From Eledone cirrhosa (lineage: Eukaryota), in assembly GCA_964016885.1 (NCBI GenBank), contig OZ024763.1, forward strand, positions 3,596,001 to 3,660,000: a stretch of DNA of 64,000 nucleotides, in the 5' to 3' direction. How positions within the stretch are numbered: position 1 is the stretch's first letter; each line of letters begins with the position of its first letter. The notes under the pieces are model-generated. The model had not been told where the DNA came from. It made no database searches and saw only the letters and a list, made by a program, of their open reading frames with translations. This document shows, one piece after another, positions 1 to 21,745 of this stretch. Both the position numbers and the translations under genes were made by a program.

Positions 1-485
1 CAAGCCCTATAATGACCCACCTTGCTAGACACCTCCACCTGTAGCTGGGTCACAAGCCTTATAATGATCCACCTTGCTAGACACCTCCATCTGTAGCTGG
101 GTCACAAGCCCTATAATGACCCACCTTGCTAGACACCTCCACCTGTAGCTTGGCCACAAGCCCTATAATGACCCACCTTGCTAGACACCTCCACCTGTAG
201 CTGGGTCACAAGTCCTGTAATGACCCACCTTGCTAGACACCTCCACCTGTAGCTGGGCCACAAGCCCTATAATGACCCACCTTGCTAGACACCTCCATCT
301 GTAGCTGGGCCACAAGCCCTATAATGACCCACCTTGCTAGACACCTCCACCTGTAGCTTGGCCACAAGCCCTATAATGACCCACCTTGCTAGACACCTCC
401 ACCTGTAGCTGGGTCACAAGTCCTGTAATGCACCTTGCTAGACACCTCCATCTGTAGCTGGGTCACAAGCCCTATAATGACCCAC

Positions 486-8461
<7,976 letters not shown>

Positions 8462-8565
8462 ACCTTCACCTCCAACACAACCAACAATACTGACACACAC
8501 ACACACTCTCTCTCTATCACCACCACAACACACACTCTCTCTCTCTCTATCACCACCACAACACG

Positions 8566-8608
<43 letters not shown>

Positions 8609-9318
8609 ATCACCAGCACCACCACCAGAACACACGCTCTCTCTCGATCTATCTATCGCCACCACCACCACGACCAACACCCCCACCAGAAAACACTCTC
8701 TTTCTCTCTTGTTCCTTCCGTTTTCTCTCTAAAACCTGACAGACACACAGACACACAGACAGACACACAGACAGACAGGCAGACAGACAGACAGACAGAC
8801 AGACAGACGGGCCAGTAACGTTGATTTTGGTAATCCTTCGTTTTAAGACAACCTCCAGTAAATTCCGTGTGGGGGGAAAAACTGACAATTTTGTTGTTGC
8901 TGTTGTAGTAGTAGTAGTAGTTGTTGTTGCTGTAGTAGTTGTTGTAGTTATGTTCACTGAAAGTAAAAGTATTGTAGACTTTGGTAAATATCTCTCTCTA
9001 AAAATATCTGACTTAGTAAGAAAATTGTGAGGAAAGGAAGTCATTCAGATACTTTCAGGGAATTAATGTAAAAACCTATTTAGTAATTACTTTAATGAAT
9101 AATTTACTTAATTTGCGTAATTAATATTTTTAACACAACAATATAGGATTTTGTACACAAGCCTGTTTGAAATATCTTTCAAGGAAATATGGGAACAGTC
9201 TTTAGTCTTTTGTACTGTTTATTATATAATAAATTACTGTATTTTGAGCTGTTTTAAATTCTACACCTACCTGGTTCCAGTTTCTATATTGCTTTTGTAA
9301 AAAACGATATTTTTGTCA

Positions 9319-9360
<42 letters not shown>

Positions 9361-9467
9361 AATGAAGTAATTCCGTCGGAAAAAAGAGTGCTCTATGTAG
9401 GTAACAAAAGTAAAATCTTTTGCTTTTAAGAAACCACTGGTAAATGGAATAATTGCCTTATGTTGTT

Positions 9468-9498
<31 letters not shown>

Positions 9499-9603
9499 AT
9501 GTGTGTGTGTGTGTATGTATGTATGTATATATACACTCTGGGGTTGTTGTGGTTTGGGTTTCACCGGGTCCAATTACTTCTTGTCAACATTGAAACCTCT
9601 TTT

Positions 9604-9618
9604 ATTGTCCATAGCAAC
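9604..9618. promoter_or_regulatory. Candidate RFX X-box upstream of FHAD1
   Basis: ATTGTCCATAGCAAC resembles the RFX X-box (GTTGCCATAGCAAC type), ~1.1 kb upstream of the FHAD1 ATG in a non-repetitive island; FHAD1 is a cilia/sperm-associated gene. Confidence 0.4.
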
Positions 9619-9944
9619 CTAACAATCTTCCTACCAACCGCTGCCTCCGTCTCTCAGGCGCATGATTTAATAACAGATAAAGAACACCTCCTCTTTCTCT
9701 CTCTAACTCTCTATTTCGCTCTCTCTTTCTCTCTCTCTCTCTCTCACTCGCTATCTCTCCCTCTCTCTCCATCTTTATCTCACAGGTGTACGTGATTTAG
9801 AAATAAACATATATCTCTCTCTCTCTCTCTTTATCTCTCTCTCAGGTGCGTGATTTAGTAACATAAACAACAACACCCACTCTCTCTATAACTACCTCCC
9901 CCTCTCTTTATAATTATCTGCCTTTCTCTCTGGTTGCGATTGCA

Positions 9945-9991
9945 AGGTAGAAGAGTGTATATATATATATATAGAGAGAGAAGGTAGAAGA

Positions 9992-10037
<46 letters not shown>

Positions 10038-10835
10038 AGTAGAAGAGTATATATATAGAAGGTAGAAGAGAGTATATATATATATATATAAAAGGTAGAA
10101 GAGTATATATATATAAAAGGTAGAAGAGTGTATATATATATAGAAGGTAGAAGAGTGTATATATATATAGAAGGTAGAAGAGTGTATATATATATAGAAG
10201 GTAGAAGAGTGTATATATATATATATAGAAGGTAGAAGAGAGTATATATATATAAAAGGTAGAAGAGTGTATATATATATAGAAGGTAGAAGAGTGTATA
10301 TATATATAGAAGGTAGAAGAGTGTATATATATATAGAAGGTAGAAGAGAGTATATATATATAGAAGGTAGAAGAGAGTATATATATATAAAAGGTAGAAG
10401 AGTGTATATATATATAGAAGGTAGAAGAGTGTATATATATATAGAAGGTAGAAGAGTGTATATATATATAGAAGGTAGAAGAGTGTATATATATATAGAA
10501 GGTAGAAGAGTGTATATATATATATATAGAAGGTAGAAGAGAGTATATATATATAGAAGGTAGAAGAGAGTATATATATATAAAAGGTAGAAGAGTGTAT
10601 ATATATATAGAAGGTAGAAGAGAGTATATATATATAAAAGGTAGAAGAGAGTATATATATATATATATAGAAGGTAGAAGAGTGTATATATATATATATA
10701 GAAGGTAGAAGAGAGTATATATATATAAAAGGTAGAAGAGTGTATATATATATAAAAGGTAGAAGAGTGTATATATATATAGAAGGTAGAAAATATATAT
10801 ATATATATATATATAGAAGGTAGAAGAGTGTGTAT
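9945..10835. repeat. Minisatellite gaaggtagaagag(t/a)g(ta)n with variable TA spacer
   Basis: ~30 units, direct reading. Confidence 0.9.
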
Positions 10836-10842
10836 ATATATA

Positions 10843-11311
<469 letters not shown>

Positions 11312-11320
11312 GGTAGAAGA

Positions 11321-11359
<39 letters not shown>

Positions 11360-11446
11360 AACGAGTAGGACCCCACTCTACTACCCTAAGTATTGAGTAC
11401 TTTGGTGCGTTATGGTCCACCTGGTTCCTTACCACATTTCCTTCGT

Positions 11447-11477
<31 letters not shown>

Positions 11478-12156
11478 CGATAAATTAACGGAGGCATAGG
11501 CCCTCGCTATTCCCTGTAAATAATTGTTTCTACTTTTGGCACAAGGCCAGCAATTAACCAGGACATTACTGGTACTTTATTTTATCGACCCCGTAAGGAT
11601 GAAAGGCAAAGTTAACCTTGGAGGGATTTGAACTCAGTCCGTAAAGGGACGTAACTCTATGCTAGAAAGCATGGCATCCGACCCTCTACCGATACTGCCA
11701 ATCCACCGCCCCCTATTCCCTGTAAATAATGTGCTCAAAGGAGAAGAGATCCTGAGCTCTTTATATCGCACTGTATATCTCTATATCTCTCTCTCTGGTG
11801 TGTTACCTTTTCAACATATTGTATATATAATTAATACATTAACAGAGAAAGCCTTAAGCGATACTCTGACCAACTCCATCTCACTCAACAAACATTAGGA
11901 TATACCTAAGTATTTTCCCAATTTAGTGTTTGGGGTGCTAACTAATCAGTATTTCGTGGATGGACGCCATGCTTTCCAGCATAGTTACGTCTCTTTACGA
12001 TCTGAGTTCAAATCCCGCCGAGGTTGACTTTGCCTTTCATCCTTACGGGGTTGATAAAATAAAGTACCAGTAATGCACTGGGTATTTGCTGGCCTTGTGC
12101 CTAAAGTAGAAACAATTATTTTATATGAGACATAATTAAATAAATATCTCTTTCCT

Positions 12157-12280
12157 TCCAGACGATCGTTTCGTTATAAGATTTCTACAATTTGGGATAA
12201 ATAATGTCCAGGTTATGTAGAAACTTGTATATAATCCATAGTTTTATACACAAGCGGGCTCTTATAAACTCATCAGTGGA
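12157..12280 (-). ncRNA. Type-I hammerhead ribozyme motif with long branched stem II
   Basis: TCCA-CTGATGA-[GTTTATAAGA...TCTTATAAC with two inner hairpins]-GAAA-CGATCG-TC-TGGA; canonical GUC triplet. Confidence 0.7.
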
Positions 12281-12541
12281 TGCCCAAATAATATCGATAT
12301 AAAAATTACATCGACATTAATAGATTAGCGATGGTCTCCATCAGCGCTAAAAAGAGACTGGTAAATTCGAAAATCCAGCAGTCCTCTCAAAGATAAAATA
12401 CACGCTGCCCCCAAGGGGGTAAGGGGAGGTCATCTTAAAATATAAAACAATATACACGCTGGTCATATATATATATATATATATATAATTCAATGTTCAA
12501 TGATATTAAATAAATGGAAACTATATTTATAAAACCATATT

Positions 12542-12603
12542 TATTCTATTATATATATTTCAAGGGTGCCAAACATTTTGGTACGCTATCATCAGATGAA
12601 ATA
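12542..12603 (-). ncRNA. Minimal type-I hammerhead ribozyme motif
   Basis: TATTTCAT-CTGATGA-TAGCGTACCAAA..TTTGGCACCCTT-GAAA-TATATA-TA-ATAGAATA. Confidence 0.55.
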
Positions 12604-15042
12604 CAAAATGTTTTATAAATATTTGACATGACCAAAGATAATATACCTTAACAGTTCAAGTTAGCCCTGGAAATATATATAATAGAATAAATATGGTTTT
12701 ATAAATATAGTTTCCATTTATTTAATATCATTGAATATTTACTCCAGAAATCTGTCGAGTGCTCTGAATCGGTTATATAAACCTGTTAGGTATTAACCAC
12801 GTGTTTAAGAACTCAATTGGATATTAAAAGAATAACCAGATGTATACACAATCAATGCACACATAGAGATATTAAAACATAATAAATACATGTATGGACC
12901 ACTCATATACACACATAGTTATTCTCTAAGGCTAAATCATCACCATAGAAATTGCTAGAAATAGCAGCTAAACCTCCCTCAAATGATATCACTACACCAC
13001 ATGCACATAATATCTGAGCTGTGATCTCTCAATTTTTTTGCGGGGGTGGGAGAGGGGCAGGGCTGAGTCCTGAAGTACACCTTCCATCAGGTCTTGTCAG
13101 AAACACTCGTCTCCAACTGATCCGGCTGGATCCCCAAGCAAGACCATCCGAGTTCATGGATGTTATCCAACCATCTTGCTCAGGTCTACTCCCTGGGCCA
13201 CCTGCTAAGGCACCTCACCATCTCACAACATACATTCACTCGAGTAACTCTACAATTTCACCTGATCAACCTCTCAGTGACCCCACATTGTAAGCAACTC
13301 TGGCATAAGATACCTGGTAATGATCATTTCGTCGTTTTGTAGTTCTTTGGGAACTGGAATGGAATCATCATCATCATCATCACCATCACCATTTTACATC
13401 TAGCATTTTTCCACACTAACATGGGTTAGACGAGTTGTCTTGTTGTGGGCAATGCTAGGTCAGGTGACCATGTTTTGCTCATACACAACTAATTTTGGCT
13501 CAGCTTCTACAGCTGGATGCCCTTCTTAATCCCAACCGCATTTACAGTAAGTACTTAGTGCCAAACACAACTACTTTACAGTGTGAACTGAGTGCCTTTT
13601 GTCGTGTCACCAACCTGACCACTTTACAGTATGTATTGCATGCTTTTTGTCGTGACACCTACGTGACCACTTTACAGTAAGTACTGGGTGCTTTTTGTCA
13701 TGACACCTACACGACCACCTTACAGTGTGGACTGGGTGCTTATATATAAATTCAAATTAGAAGATACATTTATATATATAGAGAGAGAGAGAGAAAGAGC
13801 CACATATCTTTTGAGAAACATAGTATTTTGTAGATATATAAAACATATTTAGGAAAAAATACTTACCTCAAGGTGGAAAGGTTCTTCTTTCCTTATGGTA
13901 CCATTTTGTGGTTTGTAAACCATAACAAAAATTGATCATCAATCAACAACTATCATCTAAGGTCCAAATTTGATCATAATTCCAGAAGAACAAGTGACCT
14001 TTCTTCAAGTGAGCTTTTGTTCCATGTATGAACAAATAATATATTTGTGCTCTCTTCCTGACTCAGCAATGTTTTCATATAGGTCATGTAACTTGTGGTT
14101 GCCAACGATGCTGGTCGAAGCACTCAATACTGTTACTGGGTCTGTCTCTCGTTGGATTGTGCTCCAGGTTTAAGGCGGCTGTAGCTTACAGAGTGTATAT
14201 ATATATCGACAGTCGATCGACTTTCGTCAAATCGGACCGGGGAAACAATGTTTCCATTGGTCTTTCCAATTGGTTGCAACTTCAGGTAGAAAGAGCAACG
14301 TAAAATAAAGTCTTGCTCAAAGACACAACGCATCACCCGGTTTGGGAATCAAACTCACAGCCTCGCGATTTCAAATCCAATTCTCAGACCACTCAGCCAC
14401 GCACCTTCACTATAACATGATCATCCTTTTACGTCTGTTCTTCCACGCTAGCATGGGTCGGACAGGTTGTCCTGTTGTGGGCAGTGTCCGGTCGGCTTAC
14501 TTTGTCTTGGCTCATATGGGAACTGATTCTGGCTTGATTTCTACAGCTGGATGCCCTTCCTAACACCAACCTCATTTACAGTGAGTGCTGGGTACTTTTT
14601 TTCCGTGGCGCCTACACGTCCACTTTACAGTGTGGGCTGGGTGATTTTTTGCTGTGGCACCTCCACGACCACTTTGCAGTGGAATGATAGGGACCCCAGT
14701 CCTTATCTCATTTCTACAGCCGAGTAAACTGGGGCAATTTGAAATAAAGTGTCTTGCTCAAGGAAACAACATCACCTGGTCTGAGAATTGAACTCACAAC
14801 CTTTTGATTGCAAGCCCAATGCTCTAACCACGAAGCCATATATATAAAGTGACAAGAGTTGCAGCATTTTGTGAAACTTTGTCATATTACAATAGTTTCT
14901 ATATTTGGATGTGACCACCCGTGTAAACTCTTACACCTGAAGAAGTGTCGATTACGAGTCAGGATCTGGTCACCTGAACTAATCGATATAGAAACTATTG
15001 TAATAGGAAATAAAGTTTCACAAAAAGCTGAAATTCTTATTG

Positions 15043-15084
<42 letters not shown>

Positions 15085-15122
15085 CATCATCATTTTTACG
15101 TCTGCTTTTCCCTGTTTTCAAG

Positions 15123-15157
<35 letters not shown>

Positions 15158-15296
15158 GCCGAGTTCAATCGGGGGTAATCCTGCTTCTACAGGACTATAA
15201 CTGTTTCATTCGGAAGAAATCATCAGGAAACCCCCGATTTCTTCTGAATGAAACAGTTCTACTCCTGTAGAAGCCATTTCTATATTATATATACAT

Positions 15297-15330
<34 letters not shown>

Positions 15331-15842
15331 CAGGGTGGGTGGAAAGAAAATCCCTATTTAAAATTGTTATTAATTTTATTGTTAGTCAATTTTCATAAAC
15401 CATGTTTTATTTTAAACAATATAATGGCAGAAGTACAGTACAGTGTTAAAATTCTATATTGGTACCAGTGTTGTCCACCAGGGTTTGTAATCATCTGGGT
15501 ATATCCTTGACTGACTTCATCAGGAACTCTGGCGCTATGTGGGTCACAACATAACGAATATGTTCCTTCAATTGAGTCAGAGACTTGAGGTTTGAGCTAT
15601 AAACTTCTTCGTTCATCCACAACCACAGGAAATATATCATATGGCATTAAGTCAGTGCTTCTTGCTGGCCATTCAGCCAATGTCCTTGGAATTAGATATC
15701 AAGGCATTCATAGACAGTGTGTGCAAAATGAGAAGGGGCCCTGTCTTGCATTAATATGAGATTATTGCTGTTGTCCCAAGTGGTCACAATAGGCCAAAAG
15801 TTATAAATAATTTTCAATAGGGAGTTTCTTTCCACCCACCCT
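15331..15842 (-). mobile_element. Internally deleted Tc1/mariner element
   Basis: ~30-bp TIRs (cagggtgggtggaaagaaa.tccctatt), TA flanks, MQDRAPSH and WPARSTDL transposase remnants. Confidence 0.8.
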
Positions 15843-16206
15843 AGATATATATATATATATATATATTGTGTAGTGATGAGAGAACCCTCGTCTTCATTAA
15901 GACATCTCTCTAAGAAAAGGTCACTGTGATATAAAACCTGCGACTTCATTTGCATTCAATGATGTAGACCAGTTCTTTTTGGGTAAATGCATTTGATATT
16001 CAGAGTAGGATTGGTGCCGTGTAAAGCCTTTCCTCACTTAAAAAAGCTTTGATCACCACAGGCATTACTTGATATGCAACATTTTATGCGATGCATGGTA
16101 TTGCTGGCCATAGGCAAGTCCCTAGCAGGACTAAAAAGCCACATTCGTGATGTTCATGCTTAAGTATCAAGTAATGGCATTACTCGAAATCGATTTGCAG
16201 CCATGA

Positions 16207-16240
<34 letters not shown>

Positions 16241-16679
16241 CCTGCTACAGGTACCATGTAACCCGGTACAATTTGCTTCCTGGTCAGGTGGTCAGCGACT
16301 AAGCTGACTCCCCAAGAAGGGTTTTATTTCATAGAACCAGAGGTAGTATTGGGGGTTGGAAGTAGCATTAAAATGCATAAAACTATAGTATTGACTCACA
16401 CATTCAACTAGGAGAAACGGAAAACATAGATTAGGGCTAAAAAAAAAAAAACACAGGGGAGTGGATGGGATAAAAAGCTCAGGGGAGGGGAGTTAATAAA
16501 AAAATACGGGGAGGGGACAAAAACACGGGGAGTAGGGGAGGATAAACGAAATAAAACCACACAGAATACGTATTAATTAAGATTAATAAATTTATGGAGA
16601 GAAAAGATAAGAAAGAAAAATAAAACATATATAAAAATGGGATACAGTAATAATATTATATGGGATTGGTTTAAAGGGG

Positions 16680-17200
16680 TCTTATAGTCATTTGTGTGTT
16701 GTTTTTTCAGGGTTTGGGAGGGCCTTATAGTCACATGCGACTTATTTCTTCAGGGCTTAGGTGGGACTTTTAGTCACATGCGACTTATTTCTTCAGGGCT
16801 TAGGTGTGACTTTTAGTCACATGTGACTTATTTCTTCAGGACTTAGGTGGGACTTTTAGTCACATGTGACTTATTTCTTCAGGGCTTAGGTGGGACTTTT
16901 CGTCACATGTGACTTATTTCTTCAGGACTTAGGTGGGTCTTTTAGTCACGTGTGTGTGTGTTGTTGTTTCTTCAGGGCTTGGCTGGGCCTTTTAGTCACG
17001 TGATTTATTTCTTCAGGGCTTAAGTAGGACTTTCAGTCATGTGTGATTATTTCTTCAAGACTTAGGTGGGGTTTTTTTTTGTCAAGTGTGTGACTGATGT
17101 ATTTCTTTAGGGCTTAGGTGGAACTCTTAGTCATGTGTGGGTCTTATTTATAGTAGTAACTATGACATTTTTTCAGGTTTGGGGTGGGCCTTTTAGTAAT
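16680..17200. repeat. Diverged ~43-bp tandem repeat downstream of POM121
   Basis: cttatttcttcagggcttaggtgggacttttagtcacatg(c/t)ga. Confidence 0.85.
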
Positions 17201-17401
17201 GTATTTAGGTATGTGCAGGTTTTCAACAGGCTTTTTTTTGGCGGGGGGGGGGGGGGGGGGAGGGGCTTGTAGTCACATAGTCACAGGTGACTAATTTCAC
17301 AGGAGTGGGGGTTATCGGCTCAAAAATGTCTTAAGTTAGAACGATGCTTCTGTCACAAGCATGGAATCAGTGTTTATATATATTATAGGTGTATACATAT
17401 G

Positions 17402-17457
<56 letters not shown>

Positions 17458-18222
17458 CATACATATATATATATAAATATATATGTGAATATACATACAT
17501 ATATATATATATAAGCGACATATCAGAAATACGACTTCTCGTATTCAACTTCAAACCATAAACCAATGTTTATGTACGGAATAACAGATGTTTTTTTTTT
17601 AAAAACTTAATAGCCTTATCAATGTCTCAATGAGGATTTCTTCAGAGGTGATGGTCATACACTGGTGTGAGTGAGTGTGTCAGTGCGTGTATGCGAGTCT
17701 GTACGTGAGGCTTTCCGACGTTCCTCACTCGGTCGTTTATGTAAACTCCGTTAGTGGAAGTAAAGGATTTACAGAAATCTGACAAATAACTGTGTCCCCC
17801 GTTCCATTACAGTGGATCTGGTGGTAGATCAGAGAGAGAGAGAGAGCCAACTCCTCCACCACAAAAAAACCCCCCAAAAACTACAGCATGGCCCCAGCCT
17901 CTCGACTGGAACATGTAATTGATAGAGTAACAGATCTGTATTGATGTGTTAATGTGGTGAAATGACAAGTCCTAATGTTACAACTTCCTCACCATCTGCT
18001 GCGGAAACAACACCACCACCACCACCCAATGTCACCATCATCACCATCGCCACCACCAACCAATGTCACCATCATCACCGCCAACACTTCAAATTGGTTA
18101 TACAGGCTACAAACGGAAAAAATAGCCTCTCTCAATATGCAGTTGGTTGGTTGGTAGGAGGACGGTGTATCTTTACATACTTCAAAGTCTCGCGCCTGGC
18201 TCTCCATTGTTGCTCCGCCGAC

Positions 18223-18317
18223 TTATTTCTTGCCACCCCGCCGCCGAGCTTTGTTATTGGACCTCATTTTCGGTGCTGTGCTTCCTGATCCGACGTTGAA
18301 CATTGCAACTCCTTGAC
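18223..18317 (-). CDS. POM121: POM121 terminal coding exon 13 (basic C-terminus, TAA at 18225-18223)
   Basis: cccag acceptor; [30 protein letters not shown]. Confidence 0.87.
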
Positions 18318-20477
18318 CTGGGAGAAAAATATAAGCACACCGTCATTGTTCAAAGAGGTCAGGATTTACTAAAAAAAGATATTTATAAAAAAACTATTTT
18401 AACTCTTAACCTCCTATATTTTACTTCCAGATAAACTCCATAGATTTGCATCTGCAATCATCTTGCAGAAAATATATCTTGAAAAAGGTTTGTTGTTTTA
18501 AATGTTTATAGTATCTTTACTAGATGTAGAACTACACATAATTCTGTGTAGCTCCAAATATAATTCTATTTAGAGCTACACAGAATTATATTTGGAGCTA
18601 CACAAAATTAGATTTAGAACTACACAGAATTATATTTGGAACTACACAGAATTATATTTAGAACTACACAGAATTATATTTAGAAGTACACAGAATTATA
18701 TTTAGAACTACACAGAATTATATTTAGAACTACACAGAATTATATTTAGAACTACACAGAATTATATTTAGAACTACACAGAATTATATTTAGAACTACA
18801 CAGAATTATATTTAGAACTACACAGAATTATATTTAGAACTACACAGAATTATATTTAGAACTACACAGAATTATATTTAGAACTACACAGAATTATATT
18901 TAGAACTACACAGAATTATATTTAGAACTACACAGAATTATATTTATAACTACACAGAATTATATTTAGAACTACACAGAATTATATTTAGAACTACACA
19001 GAATTATATATATAACTACACAGAATTATATTTATAACTACACAGAATTATATTTAGAACTACACAGAATTATATTTAGAACTACACAGAATTATATTTA
19101 GAACTACACAGAATTATATATATAACTACACAGAATTATATTTAGAACTACACAGAATTATATTTAGAAGTACACAGAATTATATTTAGAACTACACAGA
19201 ATTATATATATAACTACACAGAATTATATTTAGAACTACACAGAATTATATTTAGAACTACACACTGAGCCAGTAACTGTAATATAACAACATCTACTTA
19301 CCAAAGTTAAACTGTGAAGTCCCTGCCATGGAAGCACTAAAATCATAACCTTGGTTAGTAGCAGGCTGTGGGCTTGGAGCCTTACCAAAAGTGAATATGT
19401 TTGCGTTCTGGTTGTTAGCATTGTCGGCCGGTTTGGTTGCAGGAGTCGGCACAGTGGCGGCTGGCGCAGCGCCAAATATAGTCGGGTTGGCAGTTGGCTG
19501 GGAACCGGCTGTTGCAAAGCCAGACGCACCGAGCTGTCCGAACAATGGCTTCGACACGCTGGCGGCAGATCCAGTAGTAGCAACGGCTGTGGTGGCAGCA
19601 GGCACTTGACCAAATATGGTCGCTGGTTTTATGGCAGATGGCTCTGCAGTGCTGGACTGGCCACCGAAGATGCTTGGCTTGCTTTCAAAGGATCTGAAAG
19701 GGGTCGGCTGGCTCCCAAAAGGAGCTGGGTTCCCACTGTTGGAATTGAGGGTGAAATTAAACTTCTGGTCAGGTTTCTGTTGTTGTTGATTTGTCTGTTG
19801 TTGTTGTTGTCCAGTATTGCCAAATATGACGGCTTGAGACTAATTTGGAAGAAAAGAAAAAAAAATTTTTTTTTAAATTAAAAATAAACAAAAAAACAAA
19901 CCAAAACATAATTTAGTGTTTTTCCCCCAAACATTTTATTGAAGGGCCTTTATAAAATTTCCTCCCAAAATTATAGAATCATCATCAATTTATGGCCCCT
20001 TTTCCATGCTGGCATGATCTGAGACTAAGGGCCATGAGTGGCATGTTTTGTTTTAACAGCTGAATGGCCTACCTAATGTCAAACACTTTACAGAGTGTAC
20101 TGGGTACATTTTATTGTGCCACCAGCACCACCAATCTGCAGTCTTAGTTACACTGTATTTATAGAGATACATTATTATTATTATTATTATTATATAATAT
20201 ATATTAGATATGTATATATATTTATATACATTGTTGCAGTCTTGGTTACACACAAACATGTTAAGTGTATAAAACTTTGTTTACACTAAATAAGCTCTTT
20301 TCCAACAGATTGAGCACTGTTTTCCTTGATGCTTCATCTATGGATTTCTACACACACACACACATTTATATACAAGGTGTCCCCCAAAAATGTATACACA
20401 CTCCAACAGCAATCTAATAAATATTGCCCTGTACAAGTAACCAGTGTGTATATATTTTAAGAGGGATACCCTGTATG

Positions 20478-20524
<47 letters not shown>

Positions 20525-21662
20525 GGCGGGTGGGTGGGGCGACTCCAATGGCTGAGCTCTGGCCGTTTCGACAGCTAGATCTGAACTAAGCCACCAGTAT
20601 TAGAATGGCGGGAATCCAGCTGAACTTATCATCATGGTTTACAGTCCATATATGGGCATGCAGTCAGAGCAAAAATATCTAAGCAAAAAACACAGTTGTT
20701 TTTCTTGTCTGTCACGGAGAGTGGTCAATGATCTGGGATGTCATGTACATAGTTATGGTCAACCTAGTATCATACCACACCCTCTTTGTTATATATATAT
20801 ATATACTGGCTGCCCCCCCCCCCCCCCCATGCCCTTAACAATGTCAGCTAAGTGTAGTATCAACTATATAAAAAGGTCTGTCTTTCTCTTGCTAAACAAT
20901 TGCGCTCTCCATTACTGAAACCACATAAATCAGGCCGTGACTTATACTTGATGTCGTAAAAACTCCCTATTTAAAATTTATTATATACATTTCTTAATAT
21001 AGCGGTTGCTCTGGTATGGACATGTGATGCGTATGAAGGATGACAGCTGCATAAAAAGGTGCAGAGCACTAGAAGTCAATGGAAACCACGGAGTGGGGAG
21101 ACCCAAGAAGACCTGGGATGAGGTGATGAAAGCCGACCTTACCCAATTACACCTCTCAAAGGCGATGACACACGACCGTCACCTCTGGCGTCACGCAGTA
21201 ATACAGAGTACCCGACCTCCCATGGGTACAAGCTGAAGCATATAGACAATATGCCCCCACACCCTCCCGCTGCAAAGTGGTCGTGGACGTGCCATGGTAA
21301 AAAAGCACCCAGCCCACACTGTAAAGTGGACTTGTAGGCGCCACGGAAAAAAGCACCCAGCACTCACTGTAAATGAGGTTGGTGTTAGGAAGGGCATCCA
21401 GCTGTAGAAATCAAGCCAAAATCAGTTCCTGTATGAGCAAGGCATGGTCAGCCGACCAGACACTGCCCACAACAGGACAACCTGTCTAACCCATGCTAGC
21501 GTGGAAGAACGGACGTAAAACGGTGATGATGATGATGAAATATATTAGGTACATGTATGAACTGTTAAATTATACAAACACACAGACTCAGAGATATATA
21601 CTCAAACATAGATGAGTTACCTCCCTTTGCATGATAGACAAATACACAAGAACATTATGTTA

Positions 21663-21745
<83 letters not shown>

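Noticed and set aside
8649-9044. 131-aa minus ORF upstream of FHAD1
   Set aside because: Mostly microsatellite-derived, and stops before the FHAD1 ATG exon with no supported in-frame junction
9945-10835. Repeat-spacer-like array resembling CRISPR
   Set aside because: Spacers are just variable (TA)n, there are no cas genes, and the context is eukaryotic
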